From assembly GCF_009914755.1 (NCBI RefSeq), contig NC_060935.1: a stretch of DNA of 64,000 bases; one strand, 5' to 3'. Source of the DNA: the human T2T-CHM13v2.0 reference genome, Homo sapiens. Below the pieces are notes generated by a model. The model saw only the letters and a program-made list of their open reading frames with translations, searched no databases and had not been told where the DNA came from. This document shows positions 33,900 to 47,090 of this stretch, in pieces. The translations under genes and the position numbers were made by a program. Positions within the stretch are counted from its first letter, which is position 1. Each line of letters starts with the position of its first letter.

Positions 33900-34056
33900 G
33901 TGATTCTTGATTTTCAAGGGATCCCATTAGAAATCAGATGAGAGTTATGAACCCATACTTACAAATGTTTCCATACAATATCAGGAAATTTGTGGACCAC
34001 ATTGAAGGGCGTCCACTGATCCTCCATGACTCCAAGGACCCCAAGTTAAGAACCCA
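33900..34056. mobile_element. hAT-Charlie MITE remnant (related copy at ~54125-54303)
   Basis: ggaccccaagttaagaaccc terminus; second copy gtgcatttttctgaga..ttcatcagattatcaaaagg. Confidence 0.5.
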
Positions 34057-34495
34057 TCAATAACTACTGGTTACAATCTTGAGATGTCAAGAACCCAAGG
34101 AAGTTTAACTTTGTAGCTCTTACTCTTTCCCTTAATTATGGTGTTTTCCATGCTTATCCAGTTATCTTTTCAGCCCATTATTCAGAGTATTTTCAAAGAA
34201 TGAATAAATCAGTGTATATTCACTAACATTTAAGAAAAAGTCTGTGGATATTGCAATCAAGGAAGGCATTCTAGCATTCCCACAGGCATGTCTAGGATTA
34301 GTAGCAAATTGAGACGTTTCTAGGAAAGTAGCAATTTGGAAGCATTTTTTTCAAATGTAGGAGCACACCACAGTCTCACTGGCTAGCTCTGTGAAGAGCC
34401 TAAACAAGCAACACAGTGAATATAGGAAGAGCTTTTTTCAGTCAACAAAACCCAGCACTGACTAAATTCTTAGCTCTTTTCATCCTGGCATTTCT

Positions 34496-34645
34496 TTTTT
34501 TTTTAATTGTTTAATTTTATATATATATATTTTTATTATACTTTAAGTTCTAGGGTACATGTGCACAACGTGCAGGTTTGTTGCATATGTATACATGTGT
34601 CATGTTGGTGTGCTGCACCCATTAACTCGTCATTTACATTAGGTA
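34496..34645 (-). mobile_element. Extremely 5'-truncated L1PA4-like insertion (~110 bp plus tail)
   Basis: tatactttaagttctagggtacatgtgcacaacg..; perfect 15-bp TSD catcctggcatttct (34481-34495 / 34646-34660). Confidence 0.93.
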
Positions 34646-35767
34646 CATCCTGGCATTTCTAATGGCTTTGGAAAAGCGTGAATGAACAGTGACTAATTCA
34701 CTAATTAACATGAGTCTCTTCCAGGTAAGCTCCACGAGGGTAGGGAGCATGTTTATATTGTTCATTCAAATTCTGGACACCAAACACCACCCTCGACACT
34801 AGTGCACACTCAACAAATATTTAATGAATGAATATGTGAATGGTCCTCATTGAGTCAGCCCCTCTGGGAACCCACTCATTTCCCCCTAATCAATGGCCTC
34901 TGGTTATCTGGGCTTGTTATCTATCTGTATCTATCTGTATGTAGGGTTATCTAGAACTCTACATATAGACAACCTCAGGCTCTGGATACTGGGCCACTCT
35001 TATGAAAAGTTCTGTTCTTTACCCCGTGATCCTCTCCTGCAGTCTAGATTGGGTGACAAACCAACCTAAGCAATAACAACAGCTTCCTACCTTAAACCTC
35101 CCAGAAATGGTGTCACAGTTTAAAAGGGATATTTTAAAATGTGAGTAAAAATGCAAGATTCTAATGACTAGAAGAACATTTCAATATCAAGGCAGACCCC
35201 TAAGTGTTCCTCTGAATTAGGAAGGTTTTTTTTGGATCTTCTTATGTACTGCCTACTCATCATGCCTTTGCATGTGTCTGAGCTTCTATCATACAACTTT
35301 CCTGAGTTTTTCATAGACTCTGCCCACCTACTACAATGTCACCTCAAAAATGTCTTTTCCAGCTCCCCTGGTTGGCAACTCCTGCTTGTTTCCATAGCAG
35401 AGTTCATACCTTTATGACTGTGCTATGATACTATCATGATTATATATATTTTTCCCCATATGGCAGTAAATCCAACAACAGGAGCGGGAGGTGCTGAGTT
35501 CAAGAACGAACTATACCTCTCATTCTCCAGTTTATTTTGCTTATCTTGATTGCAAATTCAATTTTTTATTTTGATTCTGACACATCCAATTTTGTTTAGC
35601 AGTTACTGGCAACACTGTCATGAAGGCACAGAGGCTTCTAAATTAAAAATTAAGGGCTAAACCACTACAAAGCTGGGATTTTAGGTGCAGTTGGGTCCTA
35701 ACCACCGCTCACTAGACTTTTCACCCATAGTGCTCCTCTTTTCACAATCATTGATTATCTTATTTAA

Positions 35768-36674
<907 letters not shown>

Positions 36675-37097
36675 GTGAAATACTCTTTAAAGCCCCCACT
36701 ACCCACCTCGTGCCTCCTATCCAAACCTATCCCTTCATTCTCAGCAGACCACGCCACCTTCTTGAAAAAGGCAGTCCGTCAGACTTGAATTCCCCCAACT
36801 TGCTTCTCGCCATAGTTTCCTACTCCATACAGAGACCTGAAAGCATTACTTCATCTGGTTCCCATCCTTGGATCTACTTGCTCTGCTCTCAGAAGAGAAG
36901 TTGCCCTTCTTTCTGTTCAAGAAATGTCCACTTGCTTGTGTTCTGAAGCTTATCCCAGTGGACTGCCTTAAGGATCTTACTCCATCAAATAACTTCTCTC
37001 TTGCTTGTCGTTATCTTAATTATTTTGAATTGTGAAATGTTATGCATAGAAAAGAATATAAACATATTTGTTTAAATTAAATAATAATGAAAATACA

Positions 37098-37407
<310 letters not shown>

Positions 37408-40400
37408 GAAAATACAAGCACCCGTATAACCATCACTCAGGTTAATAGAGCGCTACTGATACCTTCAAACACACTTTGTGCACCTCCTTGTTGTATCTCT
37501 CTCCCTCTCACCCAAGTGTAAACTAGCCATTCTTTATAGTTTTACTACCTGTGTATGTAGACTTAAGCAGTGTATCATTTAGTTTTGCTTAGTTTTAAAT
37601 TTTATGTAAATTGAATCATACTGATTATACTCTGACTCATTTCTTTTTCTCAATATTATGCTCCAGAGGTTTATCCATGTGGGTGTGTATAGTGTTAGTT
37701 TCTTTATTTTCACTTCTGTGGAGTATTTCATTTCATGACTGATCCACAAGGTTCTTTCATCTGTAGAATATTCCATTACATGACTAATCCACAATGTATT
37801 TATCATGTTACTGTTGTTGGGTATTTGAGCTGTTTTGAGCTCTTAGTTATTATAAGAAATACTATTATTTATGACACTCCTGTACTGTGTCCTGATGCAT
37901 ATGAAGATTTCTCTAGGGAGGTGACTTTCAAAATTTCTCGATCACAACTCACAATAAGAAACACATTTTACAACACAACCAAAAAAGATGAACAGAACAA
38001 TACAAAACATGACTATTAGCGACCCAAAAGATTAACAAAACTGCAGTAATGCATTCTGATATTTTCTGTTTCTTTGTTGTTCTGTTTAACTTTACCATAT
38101 CCTGTTCTAATTCACTTTTTTAAATGCTGGTTCACCCACTAGTGTGACCTGACCCCAATTAAGAAAAATTAGAAAGTGCCATAGGACATACCTAGGAGTG
38201 ACATTGCGGAGTTTTGAAGCACATGTATATTTTAACTTTTCAATAAATCATGTTCCAATGGCACACTCTCAATTTATACTACCACCAACAGAAAATGTAA
38301 GTTACATTGTTCTATGGCCTTGGTAACTTTTTAATTTATAATTTTTTTCCATTTGTTGTTATTACATGGTATTTCATTGTGGTTTTAATTTACATTTTCA
38401 CAGTTAGATAGAGCATATTTTCCTATGTTATAGGTCATCTGTGTTTCCTCTTTCATGAAATGCCTGTTTATATTTTGGCCATTTTCCTATTAGGATATCC
38501 ACATCTGATATATTCATAGAAGTCGTAAATATTTTCTGGGTACTGATTGTTTTTTGGAAATAAATTGAAATATCATCTCCCACTTCATGGCTTGTCTTTT
38601 AATTTTATTGTGTTTCTTAATTAACTGCAGTTATGTAACATGGTCAAATTTATCAATCTTTTCCTCTATGATTTGCATTTTTGTCCTTGTTTAATGTCGT
38701 AAGGCCTCTTTCTGTATCAAAAGATTATATTCTACTACCTAGTCTTCTAAAAGCGCTAAGCTTATGCTTTCACATTTAAATCTCTTATCCACCAAAAATT
38801 GATTTATATGTATGGTGCAAGGTTGAGATATTTATTTTATTAATATACATGGACCACCCCAGCACTTTTTATTTAATGGTTCATCTTTTCTTCAGTGATC
38901 TGCAGTGACTTCATCATGAATCAAGACTGCATGTGTGAGTGGGTTTGTTTCTAGATCTTCTCTATTCTGATCCATGAATCCCTTTTTCTACCTCTGGGGC
39001 AATACAATGTCTTCATCATTACAGCTGTCTAATGAGACTTAAATCTTGGTAAAGCAATCCCCCCTACACCTTGTTCTTCTTCACAAGTTTCTAGTCTGTT
39101 GTTGACTTTTTTTCCTTCCATATACATTTTAAAATCACTGTTTCAATTTGCTCACAAACCCATTTGGAGTTTTATTGGAATCACTTTGACTCTATTGGTG
39201 AATCTAGTGATGCTTGGCATCTTACAACACTGAGTTTTTCTACTCAAGATTATGGTATATATATTATTTAGATTATCTGGTTCAATTAATAATTAAATAA
39301 TTTTCAATATGTTCATTAATATTTAATAATTTTCTTCATAAAGAGGTCTATACTCCTTAGAACTTTGTATTTTGCATTGCTATTATAAAAAGGCAACTAA
39401 CTAATTGCTACTGGTAAATAGAAATGCATCTAATTTTTCTATGTTGAGACTATATCCAGCTTTGCCTACTTCTCTCATTAGATAAAATGTTTTATCTGTA
39501 GGCTCTTTAGAATTATTGGCATTAATGATGATCTTTTGTTCTTATTTTCTAGTCTTTATCATTTCATTTCGTTTTCTTACCTTATTGTACTGGCCAGGAT
39601 ACACAGTGCATTCAGATCCTAGCTGACCTCCCTCTTTTCCCTTGATCCTAAAGGGAATACTTTCAACATTTCATCATAAAACGTATTTGCTGTAGGTTTT
39701 GTAGTTCCCCTTATAAGTTAAGGAGGTTCCTTTCTATATAAAGAATTTTTATTATTTTATCTGTCATCTTCATGATCCTTACTTGTGGCTCCTTCTTTTC
39801 TTGCGATTTTTCTTAAAATTTTAATAGCATCATTAAAATGGCACTATTGAGATATAATTGGCATACAATGAACTGTACATATTTAAGGTGTTCAGTCTGA
39901 TAAATTTTGACATATGTATACATCTGTGAACCATCACCACAATCAAAATAATGGATAGAACCCAAGTTTTCTCCTGTCCCTGTGTGAATCCTCCCTCAAC
40001 AACTTCCCTGCCCCTACCCACACTTCTGTTTCTAAGAAACCAGTTTGTCATCAGAATAGATTAACTTGTAGTTAATGAACTATGATAAATAAAATCATAC
40101 AGTATGTATTCTTTTTAGTCTGCTTCTTTTACTCAGTATAATTATTCTGAGGTCTATTCATATTGCGTGTTTATAGCACATTCTTTTTCACTGCTAAGTA
40201 GTATTCCACCACATGAGTAGGAGATTTTTGACTCTGGCTAGTGGAAGCAGGAACAATTACTAGTCTTCTGTGGGCATTTGAGATTGTATCTTGTAATCCT
40301 TTCAGGTGGTTCTTTCCTAGCCTTAGGTAACTTCTTAGCCTGCATGCACTTAGTAGTACTGAGCTGAAAACATGAGGGAGACTCTGCAAATCTTCAGAGT

Positions 40401-41005
40401 CCTCTTTCTGTGCCGTTCTTCCCACGCCAGTAATGGTGCCCTGCAATGTCTAGTCATCTTGATCTTCCTAGACTTCCAGCTCTGTCTCCTCAACTCAGGC
40501 CTACCACTGCTCTCAGCCTGGGGTCCCCCTACCTGCACACAGGCAGGAAATTCTCTCCAGGCAGTAAACTGAAACAATGTTAGGGATCACGTGGCTTGTT
40601 GCCCATCTCTCAGAGGTCACTGTCTATTGTGGCCTAATGTCCAAAGTCTGAAAAACTGTTATTTCATGTACTTTCTTCTATTTTTTTGGGTGGGAGGATA
40701 AACCTGGTTCCTCTTACTCTATCACGGCTGGAGGTGAAAGTCCTGACTCGTATCCTTATGTACTTTGTGACATCTAACTAGGAGTTGCAGATGTTCCTTG
40801 GAACTTACCTTTTAGGGTAATTCTTCGAGGCTCAATTTAGAGCTGATTTCCTTCAGAAGAGATTTGTGTTTGCTTCTGTCGATGACTTGGAAACATTATC
40901 AGTTAAGGACCACTTTAAAGTTAAATTCTTCACTTGAATTGTGTGAATGAATGTGTGGTTACCAATTCTCAGGCAGAATTACCCCCACCCCCGACTCAGC
41001 ACTAC

Positions 41006-42594
41006 CGATAACAGCAGCAGCCCATCTGGAGTGGCTGCTGCAAAGACTTGGGGGTGTAGTCTAGGGGGTGTGGCAGGAGCTGCACTCCACAGATCCAACG
41101 GGAGCCAGGAAGAGGCGGGAGCCCTGCCTCCTTCCAAGTTGGTGGGGCAGGAGCCCCTGCTCCCAGGCGCAACTGCAGCCACCCAGCCATGGCTACAGAC
41201 CCGGGCATTCTGTGCTCCCCAGGGCTCAGGAAGCCCTGCTCCCCCTGCAGGCTTGGAAGTGTCTGCTCCTGCTGCCTGGCCTCTCCCAGCCCCTGGCGCC
41301 TGCTCTGATTTTGGAGCAAAGTTGTGGCTGAGCCCAGGTGCTGTCATGATCCAGCCAGGTATCCACACGCTCAGGGTGGCACTGACACACCAGCCCCCTG
41401 CCGCCTCGGCTCCCTCCAGACTTTGGGCACTGACAAGCATGGGAGGAAGGCCGAGGGGGTGCTGAGGGTGGCTTGGTGCAGGCCTGCACGCACCCCTCAA
41501 CACGAACAGCCTGGGCACCATGAATAGCAGTAGGAGGCAGGCAGGCTCCTGGGCTGAAAGGGGAAGGTCCCCAGTGAAACCTTATCTTCAAGTCAGGGAC
41601 GGCCTGAAGCCTGGGGGCTTGGGCTTGGCTGCCAGTTCCACAAACCAGAATGAGACCTTATGGTGCTTTCTCCAGGTATGCTCACGACTGCCCATGGACC
41701 AATCAGCAGGCACTACCTCCCCTCTGAAGCCCATAAAACCCCAGGACTCAGACAGACTTGGGCAGATGGGGACACCCTGCCTGCAGAGAGGAGCTACCCA
41801 CTGTGGGTCTCCTCTCCACTGAGAGCTGTACACTCATTGAGACGACCTGCCTGAAGAAAGGAACTACCCACTCCAGGTCTCCTCTCCACTGAGGGTTGCA
41901 CAGACACCAGGACGACCTGCCTGCAGAGAGAAGCTGCCCATTCCAGGTCTCCTCTTTGCTGAGGGCTGCATAGATGCTGGAATGACTTGCCTGTGGAAAG
42001 GAGCTACCCACTTCCAGTCTCCTGAGAGCTGTACTATCACTTAGTAAAGCACCTCTTCACCTTGCTCACCCCCCAGATATCTGCATACCTCATTCTTCCT
42101 GGATGTGGGACAAGAACTCGGGACCCACCAAATGGCAGGACTGAAAGAGCTGTAACGCAAAGAAGGCTGAAATATGCCTGCCCCACCCCCGCCACTGGCT
42201 TGCCATGTTGTGATCAATGAAAAGGAGAGAGAAGAGCAGCGGCCCTTTGGGGACCCCAGACCTAGGAGCTCCCTGAGCCAGGGCTGTGACACCCTCTTTG
42301 GGGCTCTCTGGTTCCTGGCACCTCCAAGCTTCTGGGCACCACCACATTCCCCAGCATGCCTGGCTGTGCGCAGTGGCTGGACACTGCACTTGCTTGTTCA
42401 CCTACCCCTTGCCACTCTGCATTTGGCTCACCCTTGGCAGGCATGGGATCCCAGCCTGTAGCGCAAAACAAGTGCAGCCTGCCAGGCCGAGTGGGTGGAA
42501 CAAGCCCAGCTGGCTTGAGCAAAACTTGGGCAAAGGCACCACTGGCCACAGAGGTTTCTGGCTGGTGAAGTGACACCCCAAGGATCCTGTGACA
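41006..42594 (+). mobile_element. MER52A-like (ERV1) solo LTR, ~1.6 kb
   Basis: GC-rich LTR, (c/t)gataacagc..ggatcctgtgaca; 4-bp TSD ctac (41002-41005 / 42595-42598); CCAAT at 41699, cataaaa at 41732, agtaaa at 42043, ~70-bp internal repeats. Confidence 0.88.
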
Positions 42595-43589
42595 CTACTG
42601 TTGAGAGAGGAAAGTCTTCTTAATGCCACCTACTGCAAGACAAGGCTTATTTCTTGTTCACCATTATACTGAGTTGTTAGCCTTTGGGATCCCAGCTTTA
42701 TGCATGCTGCTTCTATTGGGAATGCAACATAGGGCCTAGGTGTTAAGTCTTGTCCCCCACATGCCATGCAGCCATCAAAAGAGAAGCTCAGCATCTTCTG
42801 GGTTCAGAAATCCTCCAAACAAAAACCAGCTTTGTTGGTTTATCTCCCAGGGTTTACTTTTTCATATTGTTTTAAGTATCTGTAGATTCCTTATTTTTAT
42901 GGCAGTTCAGCATTTTCCTTTTAAAATGTCACTTCTGAATTTTAGCTATTTTAATTTTACAATGCCTATTCTGTTATCATGACAGAATAAAGACTCTTGT
43001 TTGTATCTTTAGACCCTTTCTAGGGGCTAATTCTCATCAGCTGGTAACATACTCAAGTATCTAACATCCTTAAAAAAATCCTTGCTTAACCCTGGATCCT
43101 CTCTTTTAAATGTAGCACTCTCTCACACTACCTTCCAGCCAAGTTTTTAAAAAGAATTGACTACAGTCATCTTGATTTTATAATCTTTAATTCATCTTTT
43201 AACCCACTGTCATCTGCATCTGCCTCCACATCTCCAGTAAAACTGGTCTTTAGAAAACCAACAGTGATTACCTCCACCTACCAACTCCAATAAACATTCT
43301 TATCTTTCTGGACTAATCTGTAACATCTGGTATTTTGGATCACTCTCTCCAGTATGACATTCTCTCCTCTTTAGGTTCTTTTACATCATTCTAATTCTAC
43401 TTCTGCCTCCCCTGTCATTTCTTCTCATTGGATCCTCTTTCTCTGCTCACTTCTTTTCAATACTTTGCAAAAGTTTTTCCTTCATTTTCTCTTTGTAGCA
43501 TCATCTTTTACCAAATCTCACAAACCATATACTACTAGATGCCATCTTCAAAACCATTTTTTCCCTTCCTCAGTAAAAATCCCCAGAGT

Positions 43590-43882
43590 GTTTTGTTTTG
43601 TTTTTTTGAGACATGGTCTTGCTGTGTTGCCCAGGCTAGAGTGCAGTGGCATGATCTTGACTCACTGCAGCTTTGACCACCTGGGCTCAGGTGATACTTC
43701 CACTTCAGCCTCCCAAGTAGCTGGGAGTACAGGTCCACACCACCATACCTGGCTAAATTTTTTGTAGAGATGAGGTCTTGCCATGTGCCCAGACTGGTCT
43801 TGAACTCCTAGATTCAAGTAATCCACTCACCTCAGCCTCCCAAAGTTGCTGGGATTACAGGTGTGAGCCACTGCACCTGGCC
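43590..43882 (-). mobile_element. AluJ
   Basis: ctcactgcagctttgaccacctgggctcag; short central linker. Confidence 0.9.
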
Positions 43883-43899
43883 AAAATTTGCAGATTTTA

Positions 43900-44340
43900 T
43901 CTGGCATAATACTGCTCAGAATGACTCATTTCCCAGCCTTCTTTGCATTTAAATAGAGCCTTGTGACTAAGTTATGGCCAATGACATGGCAGTGTTGTAT
44001 GGGATTTCCAGGAAGAAAAGAAGAGAGCTGGTTTGGCTGGGAGGGGCCCCTCTCTGTCCTTGTCTTCCCTCCATCTTCTGTCCTACAACATGACTGGAAT
44101 GATTATGGACCTTCAGCATCCATCTTGGGACAAGAGATGACAGTGGGGTTGGAAGCCATGTACTACGAGGATAAGGCATGAAAACAGGATAGGTCCTTAC
44201 TGACCCCATGGAGCCATATTAGCCTGAACCATCGATCTCTGAACTTCTTTATGAGAGAGAAGTAAATCTCTATGTGTGAGCTTCCGTTATTTTGGAAGAG
44301 AGAGGGAGTGTTCTAAGCAGCGAGTCTAGGCCTAACTAGT
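43900..44340 (+). mobile_element. MLT1J/K-like MaLR LTR
   Basis: atttcccagccttctttgca..gtgactaagttatggccaatga..agcatccatcttggga..gagagaagtaaatctc. Confidence 0.65.
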
Positions 44341-45913
44341 ACCTCTCCGAAATCTCAAACCTCAGTCATGCTAGGTTATTTTCTTTTCCTTGCCACCCCC
44401 TCCTTGCCCCCTACCCTGCACCGCATTAAACACATTTTGCTTATTTTGATTCCTAAATAGCTCTCAAATCTTCCCTTACTGCTCATTTCATACTGCCAGA
44501 ATATAAGTTCAGGACTTTAATATTTTTTGCTTAGACTGACACAGTAGCCATTGAAGTGGGTTTTTTAAAACATAAGCCTTTCTTGTTCCTTTAAAGCCCT
44601 ACACAAGTTAATTACTTATGGAATAGAGTCTCAGTGCCTTAGTGTTGCTTTCTTGGCCCTTCACAACAAGATGCCTATCTTCTTTTCTTTCCCTTTCACT
44701 TCAAACATTATTGCCGATAATATACATAGCAAGTTTATAATTATCTAAACATACAAAGCGGTTTTATGCCTTGTGCCTTTGCACATGTTCTTGCTCTCGC
44801 TTGCTCTTGTTCTTTCTCCTTTGTTCATCTGGTTAGTTCTTCTTGTCCTTTAAACTCCAGTTCATGCATTAGCTCATCCTGCCAGTTTTCCTTGATGTCT
44901 TCCATCCCTTCCCTACATTTCTTCCTAAAACCATGTACTGAATGAACAAAAATATATTTTAGGAAAATTAAGAAGAAATTAATACTTGAAGCATAATAAT
45001 TAAAATGACTCTTATGAAAAAAACATTTTATCTAAAAACTGAAGAGTTAGAGAATGGTGTTTTAACAAATTGACAGACCAAATAAAATCATCAAGAAAAT
45101 GAATATAATAATAGCATCTACCAAGTGGTGGTGTTGAATGATGTGAGCTATGCATATAAATGGCTTAGCAAGGTGCTTAGAACATAGCAAGCCCTCCCCC
45201 CCACGTTAATATCATCATAATAATCTATTCGTTACAATAATAATTAATATTCATTGTAATTGTGTTACGAAGAAAAAAAAGTTTGTGAAGGTTACAGAAA
45301 TCCTTGTGTGGTATAAAGAAACCCAAGACACTTTTAAGATACTGCTGGGAAATTTGTTTCACAAATGTGAAAAATAGATTTCCTTCCTAAAAGTGGGTTT
45401 ATCACATAGCTTCCCTAAGTAGCACCATTGCTTGGGAGTGAAAGGTGTCCATTCATTTGCATGAGACCCTTTGGCTATTGAATTAGAGCCATAAAGCTAT
45501 GTGACCCACCCTTTTTATGTGTATGAGGAGCCCAGACTCTAAGTCTACTTCAAGAACTCAAACCATATTTTCCAAGAAGTTAAGCTTGGGTGTTTGCTTG
45601 CATTTTATATGAATATATGTATAAGCAAAGCAATGTTTTAGCAGGATATGGGAGGAGTGTGCATGGGAATTCAAACAACAGACACATTGTCTAGATTTTC
45701 TCTGGTATGAGTGATTAAAGGAATGATCATAGCTTCACACATACTGCGTGTTTGTGCAGTAATTACGCTTTACAATTGGTTCTGCCATTAATGCCAAAGA
45801 TTCTTTTTTAGAATGTGATAAACCTTTTTGGCTCTAACATACCAGTTCCAAACATTCCTTGGCTTTTTTTGTGCTTAATGATGGAGTTTTAAAAGCCTAT
45901 TTTTGTATAGCTC

Positions 45914-45922
45914 TGTGTGTGC

Positions 45923-45960
<38 letters not shown>
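45914..45960. repeat. (TG)n microsatellite with CG-containing alternating purine-pyrimidine core
   Basis: tgtgtgtgcgtgcgcacgtgtgtg...gt. Confidence 0.95.
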
Positions 45961-45962
<2 letters not shown>

Positions 45963-46509
45963 TGGGGCCGTGGATAGGGCTGGGGATAAAGGAGAAAAAA
46001 AGAGAAAACGGAGCTTGAAGGACTGACAGTATTTTAAAAGTGAACTCACATGGCAACCATTCATAGTCAAAAAAGATAGATAGCAAAATGTGCAAAAGAA
46101 AAACAGTCCCAAAACATAATTTTAGGACTCTGACTTACTAAATTCATTTAGGAGACAACAAAACCTAATTATACACAAACATGGGGATACGTATCTAGAT
46201 ATGACTGTCAATTATTCTTCATACTTTGCTTAGATATGTCCATTCGACTGGCCCCATTGATGAAAAAGTAGCAACTGTTGTTTTAATGTATCATATGTAA
46301 CAGAGTTGAAATTGAATTTGCTAAAAATTATTTATTCCTTTCTGATTTCATCCTAATGCATAGGTTTAGATCATCCTAACTAGACACCATGAACCTGTTT
46401 TTTTCTGTACCCTTGTCCTTCTCCAAGATATATTAGTAAAGCCGTCAGGAGAAAAAGGAATATTTCCTGTTATTCTGTTATTCTGATATATTACTAACAT
46501 TTCCCTTTC

Positions 46510-47090
46510 TCTAGCTACCAATAATAGAGTTATTTTTATGAAATGTTTATTATATGTCAACTGTTGTGCTAGATATTTTGAAACCCAGTTCTGCTGTCTA
46601 TTAGCAATTTAACTTCTCTATGTTTCCTTATTTGTAAAAACAAAGATAAAAGTACCTACATAATAGGGTTGCTGTAAAAATTACCAATAAGTAGTTAGAA
46701 AAATGTGTGGTACATAGAAAGCACTCAATAAATGTCCAGTGCTATTATTACTTACTATTATTTAAATTAATCCCCAAAACCACCCTTTAAAGAAGGTATA
46801 ATAATCCCATTTTACAGATGAGGATGTTGAGGTTCAGAGGCCAATAAACATGCACACTCAGCTAATTAAAGCCACAGCTGGAATTTGAACCCATTTCTGC
46901 ATGCCTTTGAAACCCATGCTTCCTATTATTCCACATTGCCTCCTCAATCTGATAAGTTTTCAGTCTTACCTTGAACATATGCTCTTAGTCTCTGTGCCTC
47001 AGTTTCCTCATCTGTAAAGTGGAGACAACAACAGTGCCTACATCCCAGAGTTGTTAGAGTAAGCACTCTATAAATATTATTATTATTAGT
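46510..47090. mobile_element. Nested MIR cluster
   Basis: cccattttacagatgagga..; tctgtgcctcagtttcctcatctgtaaagtgg. Confidence 0.75.

Noticed and set aside
34903-34953. Cluster of TTATCT (GATA) motifs
   Set aside because: Partly a (TATC)n-like low-complexity stretch; too weak to call an enhancer.
41776-42032. Regularly spaced repeats resembling a CRISPR array
   Set aside because: Degenerate ~70-bp tandem units with no unique spacers, internal to an ERV1 LTR in a human genome.
40947-42629. Dense overlapping ORFs up to 180 aa
   Set aside because: All lie within the GC-rich MER52A-like LTR, where stop codons are rare; no recognisable protein.
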